Origin: an uncultured delta proteobacterium
GTDB lineage: Bacteria > Desulfobacterota > Binatia > UBA9968
Length of the DNA: 64,000 nt
Reading direction: 5' to 3'
Assembly: GCA_963760795.1 (NCBI GenBank)
Contig: CAVXEP010000029.1
Location: 128,001 to 192,000, forward strand
Shown: one piece after another, positions 1 through 9,690 of the stretch
How the letters are laid out: every line of letters starts with the position of its first letter
Numbering within the stretch: position 1 is the first letter of the stretch
The notes under the pieces: generated by a model
The model's database searches: none
Told to the model about the DNA's origin: nothing
The model's input: the letters and a program-made list of their open reading frames with translations, nothing else
Program-made: the position numbers and the translations under genes

Positions 1-312
1 GCCGTAATCGGCGGCCATTCTTAAATCATCCTTGGTGCCGATGCCCGGCAGCAGCAAGACGGCGAGCTTGCCTTTCTTGATGACCTCGGAGGCCGCTTGG
101 ATGAGCTCCATCTCGGACTGTTTGGAAAAGCCGTAGGTGACCGTCGAGCCGCCCAGACCATCGCCATGGGAGACTTCGATGATCTCCACGCCGGCATCGT
201 CCAAACCGCGCGCCACGCTGCTGACTTGCGCGGCTGTGAGCTGGTGGCTCAGCGCATGGCTGCCGTCGCGCAAAGAACTGTCGAGAATGTGGATGAAAGT
301 TTTTTCTGTCAC
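1..312 (-). CDS. dmpG: 4-hydroxy-2-oxovalerate aldolase (3' end runs off the window)
   Basis: Not in ORF track. Manual translation from GTG at 312 gives [24 protein letters not shown]...[12 protein letters not shown]...LLLPGIGT (DRE-TIM LRDG motif). GTGA overlap with dmpF. Confidence 0.95.
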   Translation of the reverse strand, partial: MTEKTFIHILDSSLRDGSHALSHQLTAAQVSSVARGLDDAGVEIIEVSHGDGLGGSTVTYGFSKQSEMELIQAASEVIKKGKLAVLLLPGIGTKDDLRMAADYG

Positions 313-1232
313 AGGGTTGCCTCCGCCTTTGGCTTTTTCCAAGTGCCCGCCACCCAATGGCGGGCAATCTCTTCGCCGACTTTCACCGCCGCCGAAGTCA
401 TGATGTCTAAGTTGCCGGCATATTTGGGGAGAAAATCCCCCGCGCCCTCGACTTCGACGTACAGGGTGACTTTCTTTTTGCGCCCGCTGTTGGGCTGATC
501 TTCGATCAATGGTTTAGCCCGCAGGCGATAACCCGGCACATATTGCTTGATCCGCTGAACCATGGATTCAATGGACTCAAGGATCTTGTTGGCGTCGCCA
601 TCCTCCATCAAGCCATAAACCGTGTTGCGCATGAGGATCGGCGGCTCGGCGGGATTGAGCACGATGATCGCCCTGGCACGGGCGGCGCGACCGATCTTCT
701 CCAAGCCGCGCGCCGTGGTGTCGGTAAATTCGTCGATGTTTTGCCTGGTGCCTGGACCGGCGCTTTTGCTGGCGATGGTGGCGACGATTTCAGCGTACTC
801 CACGGCAGCTACCTGTTGGAGGGCGGCCACGAGCGGTACGGTTGCCTGACCGCCACAGCTCACGAGATTCACATTTGATTCACCTATATGCTCTTCGAGA
901 TTTACCAACGGGATCACGTAGGGACCCACCGCCGCGGGGGTCAAATCGATGGCAATTTTCCCCGCCCCGCGCAGCAGCGGCGCATGTTTCTTGTGGGCGC
1001 TTGCAGTGGTTGCATCGAACACCAAGACAAATTTATCTTGCTGCTTGAGCAATCCCTCGATGCCTTCAGTAGTAATCGCCAGTCCCTCCTGGCGCGCCCG
1101 CGCCAACCCCTCGGATTCCGGAATGATGCCGGCCATGATCACGGGATCAAGGAGGCTACTGCGTTTCAGTTTGTACATGAGATCCGTGCCGATATTGCCG
1201 GAGCCTAAAATTGCTATGGGGGTTTTCGCCAT
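309..1232 (-). CDS. dmpF: acetaldehyde dehydrogenase (acylating), DmpF/MhpF
   Basis: GSGNIGTDL, catalytic [20 protein letters not shown] and [17 protein letters not shown] motifs. Confidence 0.97.
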   Translation of the reverse strand: MAKTPIAILGSGNIGTDLMYKLKRSSLLDPVIMAGIIPESEGLARARQEGLAITTEGIEGLLKQQDKFVLVFDATTASAHKKHAPLLRGAGKIAIDLTPAAVGPYVIPLVNLEEHIGESNVNLVSCGGQATVPLVAALQQVAAVEYAEIVATIASKSAGPGTRQNIDEFTDTTARGLEKIGRAARARAIIVLNPAEPPILMRNTVYGLMEDGDANKILESIESMVQRIKQYVPGYRLRAKPLIEDQPNSGRKKKVTLYVEVEGAGDFLPKYAGNLDIMTSAAVKVGEEIARHWVAGTWKKPKAEATL

Positions 1233-1361
1233 AAGGGTCCTTGGTTCTAGCCCGGATTATTCACCGCAAGTCCGCAATTGAGGCGAAACCTTCAGTTCCT
1301 TTGCCTTCCACCTCGATTGGCACCGTGTAACTGATCTTCGTCGGGGCATGAATACTCCGGG

Positions 1362-2321
1362 CTAGCTGTTCGCTGCCAGCGGCCATTGCGCCACCGCCAT
1401 TCCCATCAGGCCTCGATATAACGGTTCATAGGCAAGCACTTTCGCCGGCACGGCTCCCACCACCCCCGCCAGAACGATCCAGCTTCTGAGCTCGATTTCT
1501 CCATGATCCAGTAATTGCGCCGAAGTAAGATCGGCGAGCTTGCGGCCTTCTCCATCCGCCATCCACTTGAGGATTTGACGATCGAAGTCCTCGCTGATCT
1601 GCCCATAGCCGAACGGGCCGCGATAGAATCGCCAGGGATAACCCGCGGTAAAGTGAGAAAGGCCGCCCGATGCATAAATAGCGATGCGCTTATTAGCCAG
1701 ATGGTTGCGAATGATATTGCCGAGAATTTGACCAAAGGCATAGCAACGCGCCGGTGTCGGACCTGGGGGGTGAATCGCGTTCACATAGATCGGTACGATC
1801 GGCAAATCGGCGGCCGGCAAGAGGATGCGCATGAGCGGCTCGGCGTGGGCATGGGAGATAAGCCGCTTGTCTGGAAAAGTTTCCGAGAACGAAAGGTCAA
1901 AGCCACCTTCCACCGCTTGGTCGAGAATCGTCCGCGCGATCTCAGCGTCGCAGGGATAGGTCCGTTGTTCTTTAAAGAGCCGGTCGAAGAAAACGGCCTC
2001 GTCGCCGGTGTAAATCGCGAACTGGGGAACGTTCTGTGAATTATAGTTTTCGTTCTGATCGTCGCCGATAACGATCAACGCGTCGGGCTTTGACTGCTCA
2101 AGAATGCGCTTGAGCTCGAACAAGCCATTGCGCACCCGGCCGTAGCGCGTTTGCACGTCGTCCGAGCTTTCTTCGCTGAGGCGCGGATGGGGAGGTGGCA
2201 CGGCGATATTCTGTCGTTGCGCGTAGACGGTGCGATTGCGTTCCCGTAGTTCATCCCATTTTTCTGGCGGGGCAACGGCGAAAGCGTGGGACGACGCCAA
2301 GGCGGCGACTAACGATCCCAT
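1362..2321 (-). CDS. class III (LigB-type) extradiol ring-cleavage dioxygenase, DesZ/PhnC-like
   Basis: N-terminal SSHA, IGDDQNE, ASGGLSH and GEIELRSW motifs. Confidence 0.85.
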   Translation of the reverse strand: MGSLVAALASSHAFAVAPPEKWDELRERNRTVYAQRQNIAVPPPHPRLSEESSDDVQTRYGRVRNGLFELKRILEQSKPDALIVIGDDQNENYNSQNVPQFAIYTGDEAVFFDRLFKEQRTYPCDAEIARTILDQAVEGGFDLSFSETFPDKRLISHAHAEPLMRILLPAADLPIVPIYVNAIHPPGPTPARCYAFGQILGNIIRNHLANKRIAIYASGGLSHFTAGYPWRFYRGPFGYGQISEDFDRQILKWMADGEGRKLADLTSAQLLDHGEIELRSWIVLAGVVGAVPAKVLAYEPLYRGLMGMAVAQWPLAANS

Positions 2322-2367
2322 AGGTGCTCTCCTAGTTTATACATTGTGGCTTCGACATGGGGGACGA

Positions 2368-3450
2368 TCATTTTCCCAGAGCCTTTTGTAACCGTTCTTC
2401 AAGCTTGGGGGCTACTTCTCTCTGCCATTCCTCGGAATACTGGTCGATGTCGTACTTGACCCCGGGTTGTGGCAGGACGTAATCCGGAACCAAACTAGTT
2501 GGCACGTCGACGCGTCGACTGGGTTCCAGCAGCGCGCGAGAGACTATTTCCTGCCCCTCTCTCGACGCGACCCAGTTCAGAAACAGGGTCGCAGCATTGG
2601 GATGCGGCGGATTTTTCATCATCGCGATTGTGCTAAAGCCGCCGAGCAGGCTTCCCGGTCCATCCTTGGGAAAAACTCGCACTAGCGGAAAGCCCTCTTT
2701 TCTAAATCGCTCGATCATCGATTGCACCGGCGCCAGGACGATGGGGTAGGTGCCGCGCGCCGCCCATTCGGCAACTTGGCGGTGCTCCCGGGTGAGAGTC
2801 ACCTGCTGCCCCTGGTATAACTTGACGACAAACTCTTCGCCAAACTTCTCGATCAAATAGCGCCCGACGGCCTGACCGGCGCCGCCGATGCGGGGATCGA
2901 ACCCGCCGATCTTACCCTTCCATTCGGGCTTAAGAAGATCCTTCCACGAGGTGATTTGCTCCGGCTTGACGATGTCCCGATTGACGAACAGGTCGGTCAT
3001 CACCCACTCGGTGGTCTGCAGGCCGAAGCGGTTTTTGCTATCGACCCACTTAAGCTTACCACCGCGCCAGTTCTTGGGCTCCTTTACTTCCGGCAAATAA
3101 AACTTGTCGTCAATCGGTTCCGCCAAGTTCTTATCCATAAGAATCAGAATAGTTCTGGTTCCGCCGGTGTACATATCGATGCTCGGTTTTCCAGCCAGCG
3201 CTTCGCGTTCCATTCGAGTGACCACTTCGAAGCCGAGACCTAGATATTCAACGTTAATGCCATAGGCTTTTTTGAAACCCTCGGTGAGGCCTTGACTCAA
3301 CTCGCGGATCGACGGGCCGTTGACGACGACGGTGCCTTCCTTTTTCGCTTCGGCGACGATTTTGTTCCAGGCGGTTTGGCCCTTGCCGCTATGCGGGAAG
3401 CAAACGATGACGCCAAAGATAATGGCAGTAACGGCGATCCGTTTGATCAC
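2368..3450 (-). CDS. ABC transporter solute-binding protein (AfuA/FbpA/thiamine-like family)
   Basis: Signal peptide; AKKEG, SWKDLLKPEWKGKI and PHPNAATLFLNW motifs. Confidence 0.9.
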   Translation of the reverse strand: MIKRIAVTAIIFGVIVCFPHSGKGQTAWNKIVAEAKKEGTVVVNGPSIRELSQGLTEGFKKAYGINVEYLGLGFEVVTRMEREALAGKPSIDMYTGGTRTILILMDKNLAEPIDDKFYLPEVKEPKNWRGGKLKWVDSKNRFGLQTTEWVMTDLFVNRDIVKPEQITSWKDLLKPEWKGKIGGFDPRIGGAGQAVGRYLIEKFGEEFVVKLYQGQQVTLTREHRQVAEWAARGTYPIVLAPVQSMIERFRKEGFPLVRVFPKDGPGSLLGGFSTIAMMKNPPHPNAATLFLNWVASREGQEIVSRALLEPSRRVDVPTSLVPDYVLPQPGVKYDIDQYSEEWQREVAPKLEERLQKALGK

Positions 3451-3520
3451 AGTTGGTTCTCCTTAGTTTCTTGCGCTGCGAAGTTTTGAGTCCGCAACTA
3501 GAATTGCTTTCAATATCGTC

Positions 3521-4751
3521 TCACCGCGGAGAATGCTCCACCGGCACTTGGTGCGACATGTAGACCTCTTTGCGGTGGGCCGCCGACTCCAGCACGCCGA
3601 GGCAGACTTCAAGGGTCGCCTCCCCCCAGCGACCATCGTGGGCGACCGGGCGGTTATTGACGACCGCCTCGTACAGTTCAGTGACCTCGGCGGCGCGACC
3701 GGTCAAACCGCGGGGAATGGGAACTTCCGAGCGCTTGCCGTCGCCGTAAACGATAATGCCATCGGGCGACTGGCGCATTTCGCCGTTTTCACAGCTCACG
3801 ACTGTAAGACCGAAGAATTTCTGATGCTTGACCTCGAACGATTCACCGACCAGGCCGGGCCAGCCGTGCACGGCTTGTTCTTTGTTAATGCCGCGCACGC
3901 CGTAGCGCAGCTGCTCTTTGAATTGTTCGAGCTTGGCCTCCCGGCCCGGGCCGCTGATCTCGTTTATGCTGCGGCGGGCGTGCGCATTGGTATCTTGATG
4001 GCGAATGTAGCCGCCTTCGCCGACCCAGCTGTAGAGTTCGGCGGTGTCGAAAAAACCGTAGCCACTGTAAACCATGGTCGCCGGCACGCGATTCTCAAAT
4101 TCCAAATAGCAGGTATACGCGCCCTCCGGCCGGGTCATATCCCACAAGCCGGTCATGGCGCGCACGCTGCGCACCATAGCCGCCACCGAGTAGTCTCAGA
4201 ACGTCGACATGATGGGGGCCTTGATTCAATACGACGCCATGGCTCGAATTCAAATCTTTGTTGGTGTAGGGCCGAACCATAAAGTCGTTGTAGTTCCAGG
4301 TGTGGATCATGGTGACCGCGCCAAGCTCGCCGCTCTCAATGATCTCGCGCATCTTGCGGATCGCCGGATCGAAGCTATGGGTGTGGCCGCACAGGAGCTT
4401 GACGTTGCTCTTGCGCGCCGCCGTGTTCATCGCCTCGCATTCGTCGATGGAGAGCGCCATGGGCTTTTCGACAATCACATGCTTGCCACGCTCGGCGGCG
4501 GCGATGGTGTGACTGGCGTGAAACTCATGGGGTGTGGCGACGTAGACTGCATCGACATCGGCGCTCTGGCACATCTCTTCGACGCTTTGATAAGTCCTGC
4601 CGCTGAATTCTTCACGGAAGGTCTGCAAGGCATTGGGCCGCGCATCCGCCGCCGCGGTGACTTTGATATAGGGCAACCTGACGATTTCCGGCAGGACTCT
4701 GGTCGCGGCTTCACCCAGTCCGGCAAAGCCCAATCGCAATATTTCGTTCAC
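3521..4751 (-). pseudogene. Gfo/Idh/MocA cis-dihydrodiol dehydrogenase (phthalate 4,5-dihydrodiol dehydrogenase-like), split by a +1 frameshift
   Basis: ORF 4095-4751 (GFAGLG, VEKPMA, CGHTHSFD, NQGPH) and ORF 3521-4186 join as LLGGG-MVRSVRA if base 4178 is removed; may be an assembly error. Confidence 0.85.
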
Positions 4752-4762
4752 CGCATGGTCTC

Positions 4763-6034
4763 CTAGCTTGATTTCTTAGTCGACAGCTTGCTTTGAATAT
4801 ACTCTTTCCAGGGGGTCGACTCAGGCACGAGATCTTCGCAAGCGACCAACGGGAAGCGATTTCGCTGCTCGTCGCGGGCAACATTCGCCGGCTCCCGTCC
4901 AGTTTCTAAACCCCGCATGGCGCTCAGTAATACCTTGCGCGCGGCGAGCATGGGTCGATCCATCGGCGTCAGGTGTTCTTTGGTTCGGTCCATGATCGGT
5001 CCCATGCCTTCGGTGACGCAGAGGTCTTGGATCTGGAAGTTAAGCCCCATACCGCTGTAGCCCTCCTGTTGCATCGTTTGGCGCTGCTGATTATAGCGAT
5101 TGGCTCGGTTGTTAATCGGCCGATAGTCCGGGGTCATCTGCGCTCTGCTTCGTCGCAGAGTCTCCGCGGAGATCGGTCCGGTGGTGCTATACATGAAGGT
5201 ATATTTCCAATGGCGCATGTCGTCGATGGGCACATGCCAGTTGACCGAATAACCGCCCATGGCGTAACCGCCACCGCCGAAGGTGGTCAGATTGGGCAGC
5301 ACGAACTCGGTGACATAAAGATGATAATACCCCGGCTTGGCGTTGCGCCAAATCTTGTAGCTGCGTACGCCGTATTCGGTTAGTTCCGCATCGTAAGACT
5401 CCTGACCGGGCGCAGCGCCACGGGAGTTGAGCCTTTCGAGCTCGGCGCCGACACCATAGCGCTTAAGCGTGTTATTGTTGTAGTGCAGAAACGAGAGATG
5501 GGCGAGATCGATATTGCCTTCGTTGCCCTGGAGATAGTTACAGTCGCTGTAGAGCTTGATGGCAAAGGTGTGATCTTGCGGCGCATTGAGGAACTGGTAG
5601 CTCGGAAAAAACGGCGGCTCCCCCGGTCCCATATAGGCAAAGATCACTCCCGCGCGTTCCGTAACCGGATAGGCTTTGTGGCAAATAGAAGCGCGGAAAC
5701 TTTTTCCGCAATCTTCTTCGCCCGGCATGTCGACGATCTTGCCGTTAATATCGTACAGCCAGCCATGGTAGATGCAGCGCAAACCGCCGTCCTCGAGTCT
5801 ACCGTAGCTCAAGTCGGCGCCGCGGTGGGCGCAATGGCGATGGAGCAAGCCCAGCTGCCCGCGGTCGTCGCGAAAAAGCACCAACTCTTCGCCCAGTAGC
5901 GTTACCGCTAAGGGAGCAGCGCCAGCGGGCAGTTCCTCGGCGAGGGCCGCTGGCTGCCAGTAGCGGCGCATCAACTCGCCGCATGGCGTGCCGGGCCCGG
6001 TGCGAGTCAGTAAGTCGTTCTCTTCCCGTAGCAT
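4763..6034 (-). CDS. Rieske oxygenase alpha subunit, phthalate 4,5-dioxygenase-like
   Basis: GPGTPCGELMRRYWQP, CAHRG...CIYHGW, and EGNIDLAHLSFLH / QD mononuclear Fe ligands. Confidence 0.92.
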   Translation of the reverse strand: MLREENDLLTRTGPGTPCGELMRRYWQPAALAEELPAGAAPLAVTLLGEELVLFRDDRGQLGLLHRHCAHRGADLSYGRLEDGGLRCIYHGWLYDINGKIVDMPGEEDCGKSFRASICHKAYPVTERAGVIFAYMGPGEPPFFPSYQFLNAPQDHTFAIKLYSDCNYLQGNEGNIDLAHLSFLHYNNNTLKRYGVGAELERLNSRGAAPGQESYDAELTEYGVRSYKIWRNAKPGYYHLYVTEFVLPNLTTFGGGGYAMGGYSVNWHVPIDDMRHWKYTFMYSTTGPISAETLRRSRAQMTPDYRPINNRANRYNQQRQTMQQEGYSGMGLNFQIQDLCVTEGMGPIMDRTKEHLTPMDRPMLAARKVLLSAMRGLETGREPANVARDEQRNRFPLVACEDLVPESTPWKEYIQSKLSTKKSS

Positions 6035-6051
6035 GAGCGGAGATTGGTGGC

Positions 6052-6843
6052 CTAGATAAATCGAACCGATACCGATCCCAAGCCGTCAAATGTCGCTTGC
6101 AGCAAATCGCCCGCGCTAACATCGGCGGCGCCGCACAAAGCGCCTGGCATGATAATATCTCCGGCGCTGAGACTGACGCCGAATTGGCCCACGGCGTTGG
6201 CCAGCCATGCCACCGCAACGGCGGGATGGCCGAGCACGGCGCCGCCGGCGCCGGTCTGCACGATGTCGCCGTTTTTTTCCAAGATCATCCCCACAAGTTT
6301 AAGATCCCGCTCATCGACGCGGCGCGGCGAACTGCCGAGCACGACGCGCGCCGAGGAAGCATTGTCGGCGATGGTATCGCAGAGTTTGATTTTCCAACCC
6401 TCGATGCGGCTGTCGATGATTTCCAATGCGGGAACGACGAATCGCGTCGCCGCCATGACCTGCATGGGGGTGACGCCCGGCCCCGTCAAATCGCGGTCGA
6501 GTATGAAAGCAATTTCCGGTTCGATCTTCGGTTGAATGAGTTCGCTCACGCGAAACGAGGTCCCGTCCTGCAGCACCATGCCGTCAAGAATATGGCCATA
6601 GTCGGGCTGATCGACATTGAGCATTTTTTGCATCGCCTTGCTGGTGAGCCCGATTTTCTTGCCGACGACTTTGGCGCCGTCGGCCTTTTTCATTTCGATC
6701 ATGGCGAGTTGAATCTTGTAAGCTTCATCGGTATCGATTTTTGGATATCGTTCCGTGAACGGGCGGAGCACGGTTTTCTCACGCTCAGCCCGGTAGAGGT
6801 TCTGTGCTTCTTTGCGAATCTGCTCTGAGTTTAAACCTTCCAC
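6052..6843 (-). CDS. mhpD: 2-oxopent-4-enoate hydratase (FAH family)
   Basis: GKKIGLTS, QPDYG, IEPEIAF, ALEIIDSRI, DTIADNASS and LGHP motifs. Confidence 0.9.
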   Translation of the reverse strand: MEGLNSEQIRKEAQNLYRAEREKTVLRPFTERYPKIDTDEAYKIQLAMIEMKKADGAKVVGKKIGLTSKAMQKMLNVDQPDYGHILDGMVLQDGTSFRVSELIQPKIEPEIAFILDRDLTGPGVTPMQVMAATRFVVPALEIIDSRIEGWKIKLCDTIADNASSARVVLGSSPRRVDERDLKLVGMILEKNGDIVQTGAGGAVLGHPAVAVAWLANAVGQFGVSLSAGDIIMPGALCGAADVSAGDLLQATFDGLGSVSVRFI

Positions 6844-6920
6844 GTTCCTACCCCGATCTCACTGCGTGTAATGCTTTCTCATTTTGTCGCCCGTCTCATA
6901 TGCCAAGACTATGTTTCGAG

Positions 6921-6949
6921 ATTCTAGTAAACAGCAATTTGCCTGTCAA
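6921..6949 (-). promoter_or_regulatory. sigma70-type promoter for mhpD and downstream genes
   Basis: TTGACA-N17-TAGAAT on the minus strand, about 80 nt upstream of mhpD. Confidence 0.75.
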
Positions 6950-7084
6950 TCGGACTTTTGCTTTTAGAAACTTCGTCTGACACCGACTATCATGCTGCGT
7001 TTAAAGAATTGAGCTAAAGCAGGCGCCGCTAACGTACAACCCCGGGAGCCCGCCCAGCCGTTAAACTCGATGAACGCGCCTTGC

Positions 7085-7214
7085 TCCCCCATGCCGTCAC
7101 TTGATGGGACATTTGGATTTCTTTGCGTTCATCCGCCGATTGCAGAAACGCTAGAACGACTTCGAGCGTTGCGTCGCCCGGCCCGGTAAACCCTCAACGG
7201 AATTTTTCCGCCAT
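7085..7214 (-). pseudogene. internally deleted remnant of a second Gfo/Idh/MocA dihydrodiol dehydrogenase
   Basis: Reads MAEKFR*GFTGPG-DATLEVVLAFLQSADERKEIQMSHQV, matching the N- and C-termini of the 3521-4751 protein fused together. Confidence 0.8.
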
Positions 7215-7233
7215 CGCATGCTCGTTACCGGCG

Positions 7234-8523
7234 CTATTTGCCGTTGGCCAACACCGCCTCCAGCTTCGCGTACTTCTCCTTAATATAGTCTTTCCAAGAT
7301 GTCTGGCCCGACAATAGATCATTGCAGGCATTGATGACAAAATAATTGCGCGCCGGGTCGCGCACGACGTTGCGCGGCTCGCGCCCTTCCTGCAAGTCGC
7401 GAATGGCGCGGATCATCAGCTTACGCGCCACGATCACCGGCCGGTCCATCGGCACCAAATGTTCTTTGGTGCGATCCAGCATGGCTCCCATGCCTTCGGT
7501 GATGCATAGATCTTGCACCTGGAAATTATAGCCGATGCCGCTATAGCTTTCGCTGGTCATGGAGTCTCGGTCTTGTTGGTAACGGTTCGCCTTGTTGCGG
7601 GTCGGCCGATAGCCTTCCAGCATATCGGCGCGGCGCCGTTTGACCGCGGCTTTATCGATGGGCGCGGTGCGGCTGAAGATAAACGTATACTTCCAGTGAT
7701 GCGTGTCATCGATGGGGACATGCCAGTTGACGGAAAACGAGCCGTCGATGTCGTATTGCTCGCCGTAGAACGCGGTGAAACTTGGCAACACAAATTCCGT
7801 CATGTAAAGCCGGTATTCATCGGGCCGCTCGGTGTGGCGGCGGATCTTGTAACTGCGCACGCCGTACTCAGTTAACTCGACTTCATAAGACTCTTTCTGC
7901 GGCGCGGCGCCGCGCGGATTTATTTTTCCGTTCTCCGGCGGCGCTTCCTGGTCACGGTTATTGGCGTTGTAGTGCAAAAACGACAAATGGCCGAGATCGA
8001 TATTGCCTTCGTTGCCTTGCAAATAGTTGCAGTCGCTGAAGAGCTTGATCGAGAAAGCGTTTTCCTCGGGAACATTCAAGAATTCATATTTGGGAAACAA
8101 TGGCGGCTCGCCCGGCCCCATATATGCGAACACAGTACCCGAGCGCTCTTCGCAGGGATAAGCGGCTTGGCAGATGGAATCGCGGCCTTCTCCACCTGAA
8201 ACCTCGCCGGGTTGGTCAAGGCAGCGCCCTTTAACGTCGAACAGCCAGCCATGGTAAATACAGCGCAGCCCGCCGTCTTCGACTCGTCCATAACTCAGAT
8301 CCGCGCCTCGATGGGCGCAGTGACGGTCGAGTAAGCCCGGCCGGCCGTTGACGTCGCGGAACAAAACTAGATCTTCGCCCAACAAGCGAACTGGCAAGGT
8401 GGCATTACTTCCCACCACAAGTTCCTCCGACAGCGCAACCGGCAACCAATAACGGCGCATGAACTCGCCGCATGGCGTGCCGCGATCTGTTTGCGCTAGT
8501 AAATCGTTTTCAGCCTTGTCCAT
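7234..8523 (-). CDS. Rieske oxygenase alpha subunit, phthalate 4,5-dioxygenase-like (paralog of 4763-6034)
   Basis: Same Rieske and Fe motifs; shared SDCNYLQGNEGNIDLxHLSFLHYN block. Confidence 0.92.
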   Translation of the reverse strand: MDKAENDLLAQTDRGTPCGEFMRRYWLPVALSEELVVGSNATLPVRLLGEDLVLFRDVNGRPGLLDRHCAHRGADLSYGRVEDGGLRCIYHGWLFDVKGRCLDQPGEVSGGEGRDSICQAAYPCEERSGTVFAYMGPGEPPLFPKYEFLNVPEENAFSIKLFSDCNYLQGNEGNIDLGHLSFLHYNANNRDQEAPPENGKINPRGAAPQKESYEVELTEYGVRSYKIRRHTERPDEYRLYMTEFVLPSFTAFYGEQYDIDGSFSVNWHVPIDDTHHWKYTFIFSRTAPIDKAAVKRRRADMLEGYRPTRNKANRYQQDRDSMTSESYSGIGYNFQVQDLCITEGMGAMLDRTKEHLVPMDRPVIVARKLMIRAIRDLQEGREPRNVVRDPARNYFVINACNDLLSGQTSWKDYIKEKYAKLEAVLANGK

Positions 8524-8535
8524 GGATCTTCCCGA

Positions 8536-9678
8536 TTAACGTTTTTTGGCGAGCTCCAGTCCTTCCTCGAAGGCATCGATGATCGGTTTGCGCTCCAGCC
8601 ACTCCTTGCGCGCGTCGAGATCTAAATAGTCGACCTTCGGGTTGCGCACTTCTTCGGCGGTGACGTCGTCTTTCGGAATATCGATACGCAGCGAATCGAC
8701 GCCGCCGAGTCCCGTTTTGTTCAATTCCCGTTGCAATGCCAGTTGTCCGTCGCGCGAGAGAAACCAGTTGATAAAAACCCGCGCGGCGTTTGGATGGGGC
8801 GCGTTAGTTGGCAAAACGATCGTACCGTAGAGAGACACGAGGCCGGCGCCTTCGCTCATAGCGCCGAAGGTGTCGACGGGCAGACCCTGCGCGTTGGCTT
8901 TGCGCACTTCATCGGCGCTGCAAAAAAAGCAGATGGCGAATTTGCCGTTGGCCAGCCAGTCCACGCCCTGACGCGTTTCGCGGAACAACGTCACATCCAT
9001 CTGCCCGAAGAGCCGTTTGATGAATTCCGGACCGATCTTCGGACTATAGTAGAAAAAGCGCATGGCACCGTTGCCAGGTCCAGGTTGGCGAATATCGCGC
9101 GCGCCGACCCTGCCTTTCCACTTCGGATTTAAGAATTCCCAGATAGATTTGATCTCACCGGGCTTTACCAAATTCGAGTTGTAATAGATCGAGCCGTACT
9201 GCGGGCTGCCGACGAAGCGCAAAACATACTGCTTCTCGGCATCGGCGTAATGATGTTTCCCCTGCCACCACTTCGATTCATCGAGCACTTCAGGAAGAAC
9301 CAGCGCAGGCTTGATCGGGTCGAGCATCTTGCCTGCGTGAAACACGGTCAAATTGGGATTGATGCCCTCGACGATCACGTCAGCGATGTATTTACCGGCG
9401 CGTCGCTCGGCAGTGATCTGCTGCATGATCTGCGGCGGGCTGCCGCCGGTACGGACAACTTTAATTTCGGGAAACGCCTTTTGAAACACACCGGCGTCGA
9501 TAACCGGCCCCCACTGACCGAGGTAGAGGGAAAGCTGCCCTTCCTTCTTGGCTGCCTCGACGATTTTTTTCCATTCGCGTTCGTGTTGCGATTGTCCGCG
9601 CGCCGGATCCCGTGTGTACACAAGCGCCAAAGCGATACTCGTGAAGACGAGGGCGAGTCTGCCAATTCGAATCGACAT
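8536..9678 (-). CDS. ABC solute-binding protein (AfuA-like)
   Basis: Signal peptide; AAKKEG, NPKWKG and APHPNAARVFINW motifs. Confidence 0.9.
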   Translation of the reverse strand: MSIRIGRLALVFTSIALALVYTRDPARGQSQHEREWKKIVEAAKKEGQLSLYLGQWGPVIDAGVFQKAFPEIKVVRTGGSPPQIMQQITAERRAGKYIADVIVEGINPNLTVFHAGKMLDPIKPALVLPEVLDESKWWQGKHHYADAEKQYVLRFVGSPQYGSIYYNSNLVKPGEIKSIWEFLNPKWKGRVGARDIRQPGPGNGAMRFFYYSPKIGPEFIKRLFGQMDVTLFRETRQGVDWLANGKFAICFFCSADEVRKANAQGLPVDTFGAMSEGAGLVSLYGTIVLPTNAPHPNAARVFINWFLSRDGQLALQRELNKTGLGGVDSLRIDIPKDDVTAEEVRNPKVDYLDLDARKEWLERKPIIDAFEEGLELAKKR

Positions 9679-9690
9679 CTTATCTCCTTA

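Noticed and set aside
3533-4766. Long antisense ORFs (3533-4282, 4209-4766, and also 6097-6828, 27310-28014, 30780-31481, 58076-58792, 58572-59366)
   Set aside because: Shadows of well-supported opposite-strand genes in GC-rich DNA; no motifs.
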